DNA of 21,416 bases from a virus (Duplodnaviria; Heunggongvirae; Uroviricota; Caudoviricetes), in IMG/VR virus record IMGVR_UViG_2579778894_000023, positions 1 through 21,416 of that record. One strand, given 5' to 3'. Numbering within the stretch: position 1 is the stretch's first letter; every line of letters begins with the position of its first letter. The translations under genes and the position numbers were made by a program. Under the pieces are notes generated by a model, which did not search any database, was not told the origin of the DNA, and worked only from the letters and a program-made list of their open reading frames with translations. This document shows positions 8,928 through 16,013 of the stretch, in pieces.

Positions 8928-9023
8928 TGCATCCTTGTATCACGAATCGTGATTTATATAAAACACAAAACAGCTTGACCATATAACACAAGATGTGTTT
9001 AAAATTGTCATTGGAGGTTTTCA
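8928..9023. promoter_or_regulatory. Divergent PRM/PR promoter-operator region (OR)
   Basis: Two 15-bp palindromes with the same CAC-N5-GTG architecture: atCACgaatcGTGat (8941-8955) and aaCACaagatGTGtt (8985-8999), the latter between TTGACC (8975-8980) and TAAAAT (9000-5) of the rightward promoter. SD GGAGG before ATG 9024. Confidence 0.6.
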
Positions 9024-9266
9024 ATGAACAAAATTTCAACATATCGAAAACAGCTTGGGCTGTCTCAAAGACAACTTGCTGTTCAGTTAGGGTGGATACA
9101 AAGCCGACTGGCAAATTACGAAGCAAATTTTCGTACCCCTGGACTAGAGGAGTGCAGAAAAATTGTTTCTACCCTTAATCGGCTTGGCGCTCATTGTGGA
9201 CTTGACGATGTATTCCCCCCAGACGGTAAGCATAGCGAAAACAGCATAGGAGCGGTTGATTCATGA
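9024..9266 (+). CDS. ydaS: Cro-like HTH regulator (YdaS-like)
   Basis: 80 aa; HTH segment RKQLGLSQRQLAVQLGWIQSRLANYE; first gene of the rightward operon; stop overlaps next start (ATGA). Confidence 0.8.
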   Translation: MNKISTYRKQLGLSQRQLAVQLGWIQSRLANYEANFRTPGLEECRKIVSTLNRLGAHCGLDDVFPPDGKHSENSIGAVDS

Positions 9267-9685
9267 AAATCAGGCATGAGCACATCGAATCAGTGTTGTT
9301 AGCCCTGGCAGCCGAAAAAGGGCAGGCGTGGGTCGCTAACGCAATTACTGAAGAATATCTGCGCCAGGGGGGCGGCGAATTGCCCCTTGTACCAGGCAAG
9401 GACTGGAACAATCAGCAGAATATCTATCACCGTTGGTTGAAAGGTGAAACGAAAGCGCAAAGGGAAAAAATTCAGAAACTGATCCCTGCGGTTCTGGCAA
9501 TTCTTCCGCGCGAGCTGCGTCACCGACTCTGCATCTTCGATACCCTGGAACGCCGTGCATTACTGGCGGCGCAGGAAGCGTTGAGTACGGCAATTGATGC
9601 GCATGATGATGCAGTCCAGGCCGTTTACCGGAAAGCACATTTCAGCGGTGGTGGGTCGCCCGGCGATTCTGTCGTAGTGCATTGA
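9263..9685 (+). CDS. ydaT: YdaT-family protein (CII-position regulator / putative toxin domain)
   Basis: 140 aa; MKIRHEHIESVLLALAAEKGQAWVANAITEEYLRQGGGELPLVPGKDW... closely matches recalled Rac YdaT; translationally coupled to ydaS. Confidence 0.8.
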   Translation: MKIRHEHIESVLLALAAEKGQAWVANAITEEYLRQGGGELPLVPGKDWNNQQNIYHRWLKGETKAQREKIQKLIPAVLAILPRELRHRLCIFDTLERRALLAAQEALSTAIDAHDDAVQAVYRKAHFSGGGSPGDSVVVH

Positions 9686-9730
9686 TTGAAATTAATCGTG
9701 CCGGATTGTTTTGTTCGGTATCAGTTAAAT

Positions 9731-10172
9731 GTAACGCTGCGAGCGTTACAAGGTGAAAACAAATGGCTTCAAACTGGATAAAGCTCGAGGTTATTACGCC
9801 GGATAAGCCGGAAATATTCAGGCTTGCTGAGATTCTGAATATTGATCCAGATGCCGCATTAGGGAAGGTTATTCGCTTCTGGGCATGGGCGGATCAACAA
9901 ATGATAGACGGTAATGCAGATTGTAACGCTCGCGGCGTTACAAAAAGTGCAATAGACCGCATCACTTTTATGGCTGGTTTTGCTGATGCGTTAATTCAGG
10001 TTGGATGGCTGGTCGAAAATGACGGTGGGCTTTCTCTACCTAACTTTGAACGTCATAACGGAAAAAGCTCTAAAAAACGGGCGGTTACAAACGAGCGAGT
10101 TACAAAAATACGCGAACTGAAACGAAAAGGTAACGCTGGCAGCGTTACACAAACGGATCAAAAAGCGTTACC
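9731..10172. repeat. Array of GTAACGC/GCGTTAC palindromes and half-sites (candidate replication-origin iterons or initiator operator sites)
   Basis: gtaacgct-gcg-agcgttac 9731-9749; gtaacgc-tcgcg-gcgttac 9923-9941; gtaacgct-ggc-agcgttac 10130-10148; half-sites gttacaaa at ~10084 and ~10099, gcgttacc ~10165. Confidence 0.6.
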
Positions 10173-10551
10173 AGAGGAAGAGGAAGAGGAAGATATAAAT
10201 ACTGATCTCCCCCTAAATCCCCCTCGCCAAAAACGAGCGTCTAAAAAATTCGAGCCGGAGGCTATTGAGCTGCCCGATTGGTTGCCGGAAACACTCTGGC
10301 ATGAGTGGGTCCGGTTCAGACAGGCATTGCGAAAACCGATTCGAACGGAGCAGGGCGCTAACGGGGCGATACGGGAACTGGAAAAATTCCGTCAGCAGGG
10401 TTTTACACCTGAGCAGGTGATTCGACACAGCATCGCCAATGAATACCAGGGCTTGTTCGCACCGAAAGGTGTTCGGCCTGAGACGTTGCTCCGACAGGTT
10501 AACACCGTCTCGTTGCCGGATAGTGCGATCCCGCCAGGCTTCAGGGGGTAA
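9763..10551 (+). CDS. ydaU: Phage replication initiation protein (YdaU-like, O-protein analog)
   Basis: 262 aa; position immediately upstream of the DnaC-like loader; acidic linker EEEEEED; SD AAGGTGA; palindrome array lies within/around the gene as with lambda O/ori. Confidence 0.8.
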   Translation: MASNWIKLEVITPDKPEIFRLAEILNIDPDAALGKVIRFWAWADQQMIDGNADCNARGVTKSAIDRITFMAGFADALIQVGWLVENDGGLSLPNFERHNGKSSKKRAVTNERVTKIRELKRKGNAGSVTQTDQKALPEEEEEEDINTDLPLNPPRQKRASKKFEPEAIELPDWLPETLWHEWVRFRQALRKPIRTEQGANGAIRELEKFRQQGFTPEQVIRHSIANEYQGLFAPKGVRPETLLRQVNTVSLPDSAIPPGFRG

Positions 10552-10557
10552 CAGACC

Positions 10558-11304
10558 ATGAAAAATATTGCGACAGGCGGCGTTCTGGAGCGTATCCGCA
10601 GACTGACCCCACCACATGTAACCGCCCCATTCAGAACGGTAGCGGAGTGGCGCGAGTGGCAACTTGCTGAAGGCCAGAAACGTAGCGAGGAGATCAACCG
10701 CCTGAATCGCCAGTTGCGGGTGGAAAAAATTCTGAATCGCTCAGGCATCCAGCCGTTGCACCGTAAATGCTCGTTTGCGAATTACCAGGTGCAGAACGAC
10801 GGCCAGCGATACGCGTTAAGCCAGGCGAAATCCATCGCCGATGAACTGATGACCGGGTGTACAAATTTTGCGTTCAGCGGAAAACCTGGTACCGGGAAGA
10901 ATCACTTAGCGGCAGCTATCGGGAATCGCCTGCTGAAAGACGGTCAGACAGTGATTGTGGTTACCGTGGCTGATGTTATGAGCGCCCTGCACGCCAGCTA
11001 TGACGACGGGCAGTCAGGCGAAAAATTTTTGCGGGAACTGTGCGAAGTGGATCTGCTGGTTCTTGATGAAATTGGCATTCAGCGCGAGACGAAAAACGAG
11101 CAGGTGGTACTGCACCAGATTGTTGATCGCCGGACAGCGTCGATGCGCAGCGTGGGGATGCTGACAAACCTGAACTATGAGGCCATGAAAACATTGCTCG
11201 GCGAGCGGATTATGGATCGCATGACCATGAACGGCGGGCGATGGGTGAATTTTAACTGGGAGAGCTGGCGTCCGAATGTTGGTCATCCAGGAATTGAGAA
11301 GTAA
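10558..11304 (+). CDS. ydaV: DnaC-like helicase loader, AAA+ ATPase (YdaV-like)
   Basis: 248 aa; Walker [14 protein letters not shown], Walker B LLVLDEIG; characteristic DnaC/IstB layout. Confidence 0.9.
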   Translation: MKNIATGGVLERIRRLTPPHVTAPFRTVAEWREWQLAEGQKRSEEINRLNRQLRVEKILNRSGIQPLHRKCSFANYQVQNDGQRYALSQAKSIADELMTGCTNFAFSGKPGTGKNHLAAAIGNRLLKDGQTVIVVTVADVMSALHASYDDGQSGEKFLRELCEVDLLVLDEIGIQRETKNEQVVLHQIVDRRTASMRSVGMLTNLNYEAMKTLLGERIMDRMTMNGGRWVNFNWESWRPNVGHPGIEK

Positions 11305-11326
11305 TTTTTACCGGGAGGAAATTTTA

Positions 11327-12070
11327 ATGGAGACTGTTTTTGACGCACTGAAAGCAATGGGAAAAGCCACGTCGGTAGAGCTGGCTGCGCGACTTGATAT
11401 CAGTCGTGAAGAAGTACTGAACGAGCTGTGGGAACTGAAAAAGGCTGGCTTCGTTGATAAAAGCGTATACACCTGGCGTGTGGCTGATAACAACGTTCAG
11501 CAGGAACAGCCAGCGCCAGAAGAACAGCCGGAAGAAACCACCACGGCGACAGTGGCGAAAATCTCAGAGTACGATTTAACCGCGACGATTGAACAACGCG
11601 GACCACAAACGGCGGATGAACTGGCTACGCTGTTCGGTACAACATCCCGCAAAGTGGCTTCAACGCTGGCAATGGCAATCAGCAAAGGTCGTCTGATTCG
11701 TGTTAATCAGAACGGTAAATTTCGTTACTGCATGCCGGGCGGTAATTTACCAGCAGAGCCGAAAGCGGCATCGGTAGCGGAAACTGATGGTAAAGCCTTT
11801 CCTCAGCCTGCATGTGTTGCGTTACCAGTACAGGAAGCTGCAACACAGGAAGATATTAAAACAGAAACTGTGGCAGACATTGTGCAGCCGCTTGAGAAGC
11901 GAGTGGATAATCTGGTTCTGCCATCGCTGCGACAGGCAAATCGCGAACTGCGTCGGGCGAAAAGTGATATCCGGAAATGGGAGCGAGTCTGTGCCGCGCT
12001 GCGGGAGCTGAATAAATATCGCGATATTGTCGCCCAGCTTTGCCAGGAGGAAACCTGTGAGCGAAATTAA
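11327..12070 (+). CDS. Hypothetical phage protein with two winged-helix-like repeats and C-terminal coiled-coil (YdaW-position)
   Basis: Start at ATG 11327 ([30 protein letters not shown]...) with SD GGAGG; second wHTH-like repeat ([30 protein letters not shown]). The track start at 11276 overlaps ydaV. Confidence 0.7.
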   Translation: METVFDALKAMGKATSVELAARLDISREEVLNELWELKKAGFVDKSVYTWRVADNNVQQEQPAPEEQPEETTTATVAKISEYDLTATIEQRGPQTADELATLFGTTSRKVASTLAMAISKGRLIRVNQNGKFRYCMPGGNLPAEPKAASVAETDGKAFPQPACVALPVQEAATQEDIKTETVADIVQPLEKRVDNLVLPSLRQANRELRRAKSDIRKWERVCAALRELNKYRDIVAQLCQEETCERN

Positions 12071-12569
12071 CTATCAGGCGCTGCGTGAGGCGGCAGAAGC
12101 AATAAAAATAGCAGCCACACCACAAAAATTTCTGGCATTTCGTATGAAAGCCACACCTCAGGTTGTGCTGGAACTGCTGGATGAACTGGAAATTAAAAGC
12201 AAACGAATTAACGAGTTAATCAAGGGTGGTGAAAACGCCAAATACGTGACTGAAATTTTCCGACTTGAGAAAAAACGCATGACGCTGGCGGCGGAGAATG
12301 AGCTGGCTCGTAAAGCAGTTCAGGCATTCTGCGATGTTGTTGGCGACAACACTGAGGTTATCTGTGAGGAGGTTGGGAGAGATGGCGTTCTGGTTATTTT
12401 GGAGGCCATGAAGGCAACAGGAAATATGCCAGCCACCGACGCTTTCCTGGCTGAAGTACGGGCGCAGGGGGTTGAGATGATGCGCGAACACCCATCAATC
12501 AAACTTTGCTCTTTGACGCACATATGTGACGAGTTAGCCGCTCAGCTTCGCAAAGGAGGCAACCAGTGA
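12057..12569 (+). CDS. ead/Ea22-like family protein (paralog 1)
   Basis: GTG start at 12057 ([17 protein letters not shown]...) with SD AGGAGG 6 nt upstream; N-terminus shared with the paralogs at 12566 and 13210; coiled-coil-like middle region. Confidence 0.6.
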   Translation: MSEINYQALREAAEAIKIAATPQKFLAFRMKATPQVVLELLDELEIKSKRINELIKGGENAKYVTEIFRLEKKRMTLAAENELARKAVQAFCDVVGDNTEVICEEVGRDGVLVILEAMKATGNMPATDAFLAEVRAQGVEMMREHPSIKLCSLTHICDELAAQLRKGGNQ

Positions 12570-12766
12570 GCAAGATTGACTACCAGGAATTGGCTGCTGC
12601 TAACGCTTTTCTGGCGGATGTTCGGGCAGGGGCGTTTAACGACCTTTGCGCGGCGTTTGTCAGGCACGCAAAAATTGCAGGACTGGATGATGGCGACACT
12701 GTGACGCTTAAGGAAGCGACTGATGCGCTGCTGCACTGTGCGGAACAGCTTCGCGCTCCAGAATAA
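12566..12766 (+). CDS. ead/Ea22-like family small protein (paralog 2)
   Basis: GTG start ([20 protein letters not shown]...) with SD AAGGAGG 6 nt upstream; overlaps the previous stop (GTGA). Confidence 0.55.
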   Translation: MSKIDYQELAAANAFLADVRAGAFNDLCAAFVRHAKIAGLDDGDTVTLKEATDALLHCAEQLRAPE

Positions 12767-12832
12767 TTAAATTTTTCACTGTAAATAAAATTTAATCCTT
12801 AACCGGAGGGGTTTCTGCACCCTCAGAACATC

Positions 12833-12864
12833 AGGAGGCCGCCCGAAAGGGCGGTAGTGAAATG
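12833..12864 (+). promoter_or_regulatory. SD-hairpin-AUG translation initiation structure
   Basis: AGGAGG (12833-38) directly followed by the hairpin ccgccc-gaaa-gggcgg (12839-54, GNRA loop), then 7 nt to ATG 12862. Folding would reduce the 23-nt linear SD-AUG distance to ~7 nt. Confidence 0.4.
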
Positions 12865-13044
12865 AGAAAGTTCAAAATAATTATTGAAACGGGAATAGCC
12901 GGTGGAGATTTCGAGGATGAATTCGAAGTGGATGATGATGCGACACCAGATGAAATACAGGATGAAGCTAAAGATATTTTCTTTAACCACTGCAATTACT
13001 CATACCACGAAATAAAAGACGAAGAGGAAGAACAAAATGGCTGA
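12862..13044 (+). CDS. Small acidic hypothetical protein
   Basis: 60 aa, very acidic (DFEDEFEVDDDATPDEIQDE...EEEEQ); start preceded by the SD-hairpin arrangement. Confidence 0.5.
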   Translation: MRKFKIIIETGIAGGDFEDEFEVDDDATPDEIQDEAKDIFFNHCNYSYHEIKDEEEEQNG

Positions 13045-13213
13045 TTTTGGTTCAACTAAATATAACGCCAGTTTTGAAGAATGGCATGAACTGTTAATGG
13101 ATTATGCAGAGTTACGCGGTGGAAGTGGCGCTGATGCTGAAGCATGGCGTGATGATTATGAAGCAGGGAAAACTCCGGTCGAAGCATATTGTGATGAGTG
13201 GGGCGATGAATGA
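13037..13213 (+). CDS. Small hypothetical protein (58 aa)
   Basis: Hand-translated ORF MADFGSTKYNASFEEWHELLMDYAELRGGSGADAEAWRDDYEAGKTPVEAYCDEWGDE; SD GAGGAAG upstream; overlaps the previous stop by 8 nt and the next start (ATGA). Below the ORF-track cutoff. Confidence 0.4.
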   Translation: MADFGSTKYNASFEEWHELLMDYAELRGGSGADAEAWRDDYEAGKTPVEAYCDEWGDE

Positions 13214-13569
13214 GCGAGATTAATTATCAGGAAGGGCATGAAACGGCAGAGCAGGCAAAACCAGTTGCATGGCGATATCGCTACGTGAAAAAAGGCGTTA
13301 CGGACTTTCAGGGGAAGCAGTGGGCTGGTGACTGGAAATATGTCCCGACAAAAGAAGATTGCAACGACAGGCCGAGCTATGAGATTCAGGCCTTATTCAC
13401 TGCCCCGCCAGTTCCGGTGACATCAGAAGGACTGGTTAAAGCCGTGCGCTTTTATGAACAGGTAAAGTGTGAGAATCCGCCAGCTGAAACCGGAGCATGG
13501 AAAGACGCTGTTGACTGGGTACTCAAGGAGGCCTGCCAGGCTGTAAACATTGGCAACAAAGGAGAGTGA
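13210..13569 (+). CDS. ead/Ea22-like family protein (paralog 3)
   Basis: 119 aa; N-terminus MSEINYQEGHETAEQAK shares the SEINYQ motif and its DNA (gagcgagattaattatcag) with the paralog at 12057. Confidence 0.6.
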   Translation: MSEINYQEGHETAEQAKPVAWRYRYVKKGVTDFQGKQWAGDWKYVPTKEDCNDRPSYEIQALFTAPPVPVTSEGLVKAVRFYEQVKCENPPAETGAWKDAVDWVLKEACQAVNIGNKGE

Positions 13570-13570
13570 T

Positions 13571-13789
13571 GTGCCTACATTATTCAGAAAAGAATATCCG
13601 CGAAAAAGTAGAGCGACAGAATTTTTGTTTCTCATTCTGTTTATCGTGTTGATGACACCGATATCCCCGCTAATTTTTGTCTGGGCAATCGGGAAAATAA
13701 TTGAGCCAGTTATTGAATTGTATAACGACGTGGTACGGGCGTCGTTCAATACACTGCACAATAAAATTAATCCATATAAGGAAAACTGA
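13571..13789 (+). CDS. Small membrane protein (one hydrophobic helix)
   Basis: GTG 13571 with SD AAGGAG 6 nt upstream (alternative ATG at 13550); hydrophobic segment FLFLILFIVLMTPISPLIFVWAIG. Confidence 0.45.
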   Translation: MPTLFRKEYPRKSRATEFLFLILFIVLMTPISPLIFVWAIGKIIEPVIELYNDVVRASFNTLHNKINPYKEN

Positions 13790-13790
13790 A

Positions 13791-14156
13791 ATGGCACTGA
13801 CGAAAAAACAACGTGCAGAGCTGCGCATGAAGTTCGGCGGTCGCTGTGCTTATTGCGGCTGCGAACTTGGCGAAAAGTGGCATGCAGACCATGTAAAACC
13901 GGTCATTCGTTTTGCTGGAAATATGCTTCACCAGGAACGTGACGATATATCCAACATGGTTCCGGCATGCCACCCATGCAATCTGCACAAGCATTGCAGC
14001 AGCCTGGAAGATTACCGGCGAATTATCAGTGATGGTCGTCGTGAATTCCTTGCATCCGGGAAAGGCAAAGCGCTGGTTCGCATGGGATTGGTTGAAATGA
14101 AACCTGACCCGGTTGTGTTCTGGTTTGAAAAATATCAAGAAGGGGCTACGGCATGA
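13791..14156 (+). CDS. HNH endonuclease
   Basis: 121 aa from ATG 13791 (MALTKKQRAEL...); classic HNH zinc-finger spacing CAYCGC...HADHVKP...N...ACHPCNLHK; SD AAGGAAAA. Confidence 0.85.
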   Translation: MALTKKQRAELRMKFGGRCAYCGCELGEKWHADHVKPVIRFAGNMLHQERDDISNMVPACHPCNLHKHCSSLEDYRRIISDGRREFLASGKGKALVRMGLVEMKPDPVVFWFEKYQEGATA

Positions 14157-14845
14157 CCACTTTTACCAATAGCAAACAAACAGACGAATACGTTTCAAAT
14201 GCAACGTTGATTCGGCTCATTCTGTGGGCTGACCAGCACAATAGCCATTATGTTGTAGCGGCTCTGCGCGAGCTACAGGAGCGCCGCAAGGCTGATAGTG
14301 TGCCTGTAGAAATCAACGACGACATGGCTTACGCATTTCACCATGCGCTTTCTGACTCATCGCTTGGCTCTGATGAAATCGAAGAAATTAAAACAGGGTT
14401 GCGTGCTGCCTTTGCCAATGTCACCGTCCAGCCGGTGCTGATAGTGCCGGATGAAATGGATTTGCTTACCTGCCATCTCGACGGTGTAACTGAAACATAT
14501 GCTGATGGCTGGAACGCCTGCCGAGTCGCCATGCTTCAGGCCGGAAACTTTCGGGAAAATAAAGATTCGTCAACCAGCAATTTTCGGGAAATCTCGGAAA
14601 CGTCAACCAGCTCTCCGGGAGTTCCGGCTGGCTGGATAAGCTGTAGTGATGCAGTTCCTGCTGAATATTGCGATGTGATTCTGTGCGATGATCTCGGGAA
14701 TGTATTCCCCGGTTCCTGGGACAAGGTTTTTTGTCCCACTCGTGGCGGGAATAAGATGGCTTTTGTGGACAAAGACGGCGTCGAAGTAGAGAGCTCAACT
14801 CACTGGATGCCACTACCGGAACCACCGCAGGAGGTGAATCAATGA
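14153..14845 (+). CDS. DUF551 domain-containing phage protein
   Basis: 230 aa; C-terminal segment WISCSDAVPAEYCDVILCDDLGNVFPGSWDK...THWMPLPEPP is the recalled DUF551 signature; ATGA overlap with the HNH stop; internal tandem repeat NFRENKDSSTS/NFREISETSTS. Confidence 0.75.
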   Translation: MTTFTNSKQTDEYVSNATLIRLILWADQHNSHYVVAALRELQERRKADSVPVEINDDMAYAFHHALSDSSLGSDEIEEIKTGLRAAFANVTVQPVLIVPDEMDLLTCHLDGVTETYADGWNACRVAMLQAGNFRENKDSSTSNFREISETSTSSPGVPAGWISCSDAVPAEYCDVILCDDLGNVFPGSWDKVFCPTRGGNKMAFVDKDGVEVESSTHWMPLPEPPQEVNQ

Positions 14846-14925
14846 CCTGGCCTGAAGCGTTCACAACGGTAGGAATTGCAATGGCGGTGGCGCTGGTGGT
14901 GTATTCGATTTGCCGCTGGGGATAA
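14842..14925 (+). CDS. Candidate 27-aa membrane microprotein
   Basis: MTWPEAFTTVGIAMAVALVVYSICRWG; strong SD AGGAGGTG 6 nt upstream; ATGA overlap with the previous stop; followed 6 nt later by a terminator. Below the ORF-track cutoff. Confidence 0.4.
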   Translation: MTWPEAFTTVGIAMAVALVVYSICRWG

Positions 14926-14930
14926 CAAAC

Positions 14931-14961
14931 AAAAACCCCGGATTGATGGTCCGGGGTTTTT
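14931..14961. terminator. Bidirectional rho-independent terminator ending the moron operon
   Basis: aaaaa-ccccgga-ttgatgg-tccgggg-ttttt: 7-bp GC stem with an A-run on one side and a T-run on the other. Confidence 0.7.
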
Positions 14962-15184
14962 GAAGGAAACAAAACAGAAACAACAATTGCCGTTATCTGT
15001 TGTTACCATGGCAAGTAAACGTATCTCAGGCGAGCGCATTGCGCCGTTCTGACGCAGATAAATTAGCCTGGATAGATGGTGCTGGCAATAAAAAATAGCG
15101 TTTTCTTATCGGTGTCGGTAAGATTGCTGCGGGTGCTTGAGGCTGTCTGCCTCGGGCATGCCACTGTAAGGCAGACAGAGAAAA

Positions 15185-15285
15185 GCCCCAGTTAACATTA
15201 CGCGTCCTGCAAGACGCTTAACATTAATCTGAGGCCATATCTATGCGACACATAGAGATTAGCCTCTTACGGACCGAAAGGTCAA
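15185..15285 (-). ncRNA. Candidate sok-like antisense RNA and its promoter (approximate)
   Basis: Minus strand reads TTGACC (15285-15280), 18-bp spacer, TAATCT (15261-15256); predicted start ~15249 would make an RNA complementary to the mok-like start region. 3' end not defined. Confidence 0.25.
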
Positions 15286-15302
15286 GGAGAAGCAGGCTAT
15301 GA
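15243..15302 (+). CDS. Candidate mok-like leader ORF (19 codons) coupled to hok
   Basis: ATG 15243 lies inside the hairpin ctatg-cgaca-catag; ORF MRHIEISLLRTERSRRSRL ends in TGA overlapping the hok ATG (cTATGAag). Confidence 0.3.
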   Translation: MRHIEISLLRTERSRRSRL

Positions 15303-15454
15303 AGCAGCAAAAGGCGATGTTAATCGCCCTGATCGTCATCTGTTTAACCGTCATGGTGACGGCACTGGTAACGAGGAAAGACCTCTGCGAGGTACGAATC
15401 CGAACCGGCCAGACGGAGTTCGCTGTCTTCACAGCTTACGAATCTGAGGAGTAA
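15299..15454 (+). CDS. hok: Hok/Gef-family type I toxin (small membrane peptide)
   Basis: 51-aa ORF translated by hand: MKQQKAMLIALIVICLTVMVTALVTRKDLCEVRIRTGQTEFAVFTAYESEE, with the Hok signature LTRKxLCE(V/I)R...EVAAF-like...AYES. Below the ORF-track cutoff. Confidence 0.85.
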   Translation: MKQQKAMLIALIVICLTVMVTALVTRKDLCEVRIRTGQTEFAVFTAYESEE

Positions 15455-15511
15455 GAGACCAGGCGGGGGAGAAATCCCTCGCCACCTCTCATGTGTCAGG
15501 CATCCTCAACG

Positions 15512-15536
15512 CACCCGCACTAAACCCGCTTCGGCG
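15512..15536 (+). terminator. Rho-independent terminator of the hok mRNA
   Basis: acccgc-uucg-gcgggu stem with UUCG tetraloop followed by a T-run. Confidence 0.75.
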
Positions 15537-15729
15537 GGTTTTTTGTTGCGCGCTGAATGCGCAGGGTGAAAAATAACCATATATTTGATTATATACACAA
15601 CAAAAAATAAAAGTCATTGCACCTGCACATTAAATAATCAAATATACGACGTGAAATAAATATTTTTCAGATTAATATTTTTGTCTCTATGTGAATATAA
15701 CCGTTTGTACTTATAAACCTGGAGGCATC

Positions 15730-15942
15730 GTGGAAAAAATAAAGAAACTATTTAGTAGCAAATATGCAGTCATACGTCGTGATGACCTGTCAATTATAGT
15801 CGAAATGGATTACTTCCCTGAAACCAAAAAATCAATGATGTATCGTAATGGTCGAAAGGCAATTTTTTTACCGATGAGGGTAAGTGACATTATGGGAAAT
15901 GATAAACTGCTGGATGAATTGCGAGTCAGAGCATCCTGTTAG
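15730..15942 (+). CDS. Small hypothetical protein in an AT-rich moron
   Basis: GTG 15730 with SD GGAGG (alternative ATG 15691 without SD); 70 aa VEKIKKLFSSKYAVIRRDDLSIIVEMDYFPETKK...; upstream ~170 bp very AT-rich, compositionally unlike its neighbours. Confidence 0.45.
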   Translation: MEKIKKLFSSKYAVIRRDDLSIIVEMDYFPETKKSMMYRNGRKAIFLPMRVSDIMGNDKLLDELRVRASC

Positions 15943-16013
15943 TATTGGCATTAATTCTGGTATACTACATAACGGGCTGAACACCCATTCTACTGCGCCA
16001 GCGGAGAACTACG

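Noticed and set aside
8896-9178. ORFs of 61-76 aa crossing the PRM/PR operator region
   Set aside because: They span the divergent promoter-operator region and overlap the starts of the repressor and Cro-like genes; incompatible with the regulatory architecture.
9175-9638. Minus-strand ORFs of 74-97 aa inside ydaT
   Set aside because: Antisense to a conserved YdaT-family gene; no RBS.
10213-10748. Minus-strand ORFs of 118-149 aa antisense to ydaU/ydaV
   Set aside because: Opposite strand of two well-supported replication genes in a GC-rich segment where long antisense frames arise by chance.
14338-15039. Minus-strand ORFs of 64-168 aa antisense to the DUF551 gene and the hok leader
   Set aside because: Cross a bidirectional terminator and the hok mRNA 5' structures; no SD; the plus-strand genes are translationally coupled and better supported.
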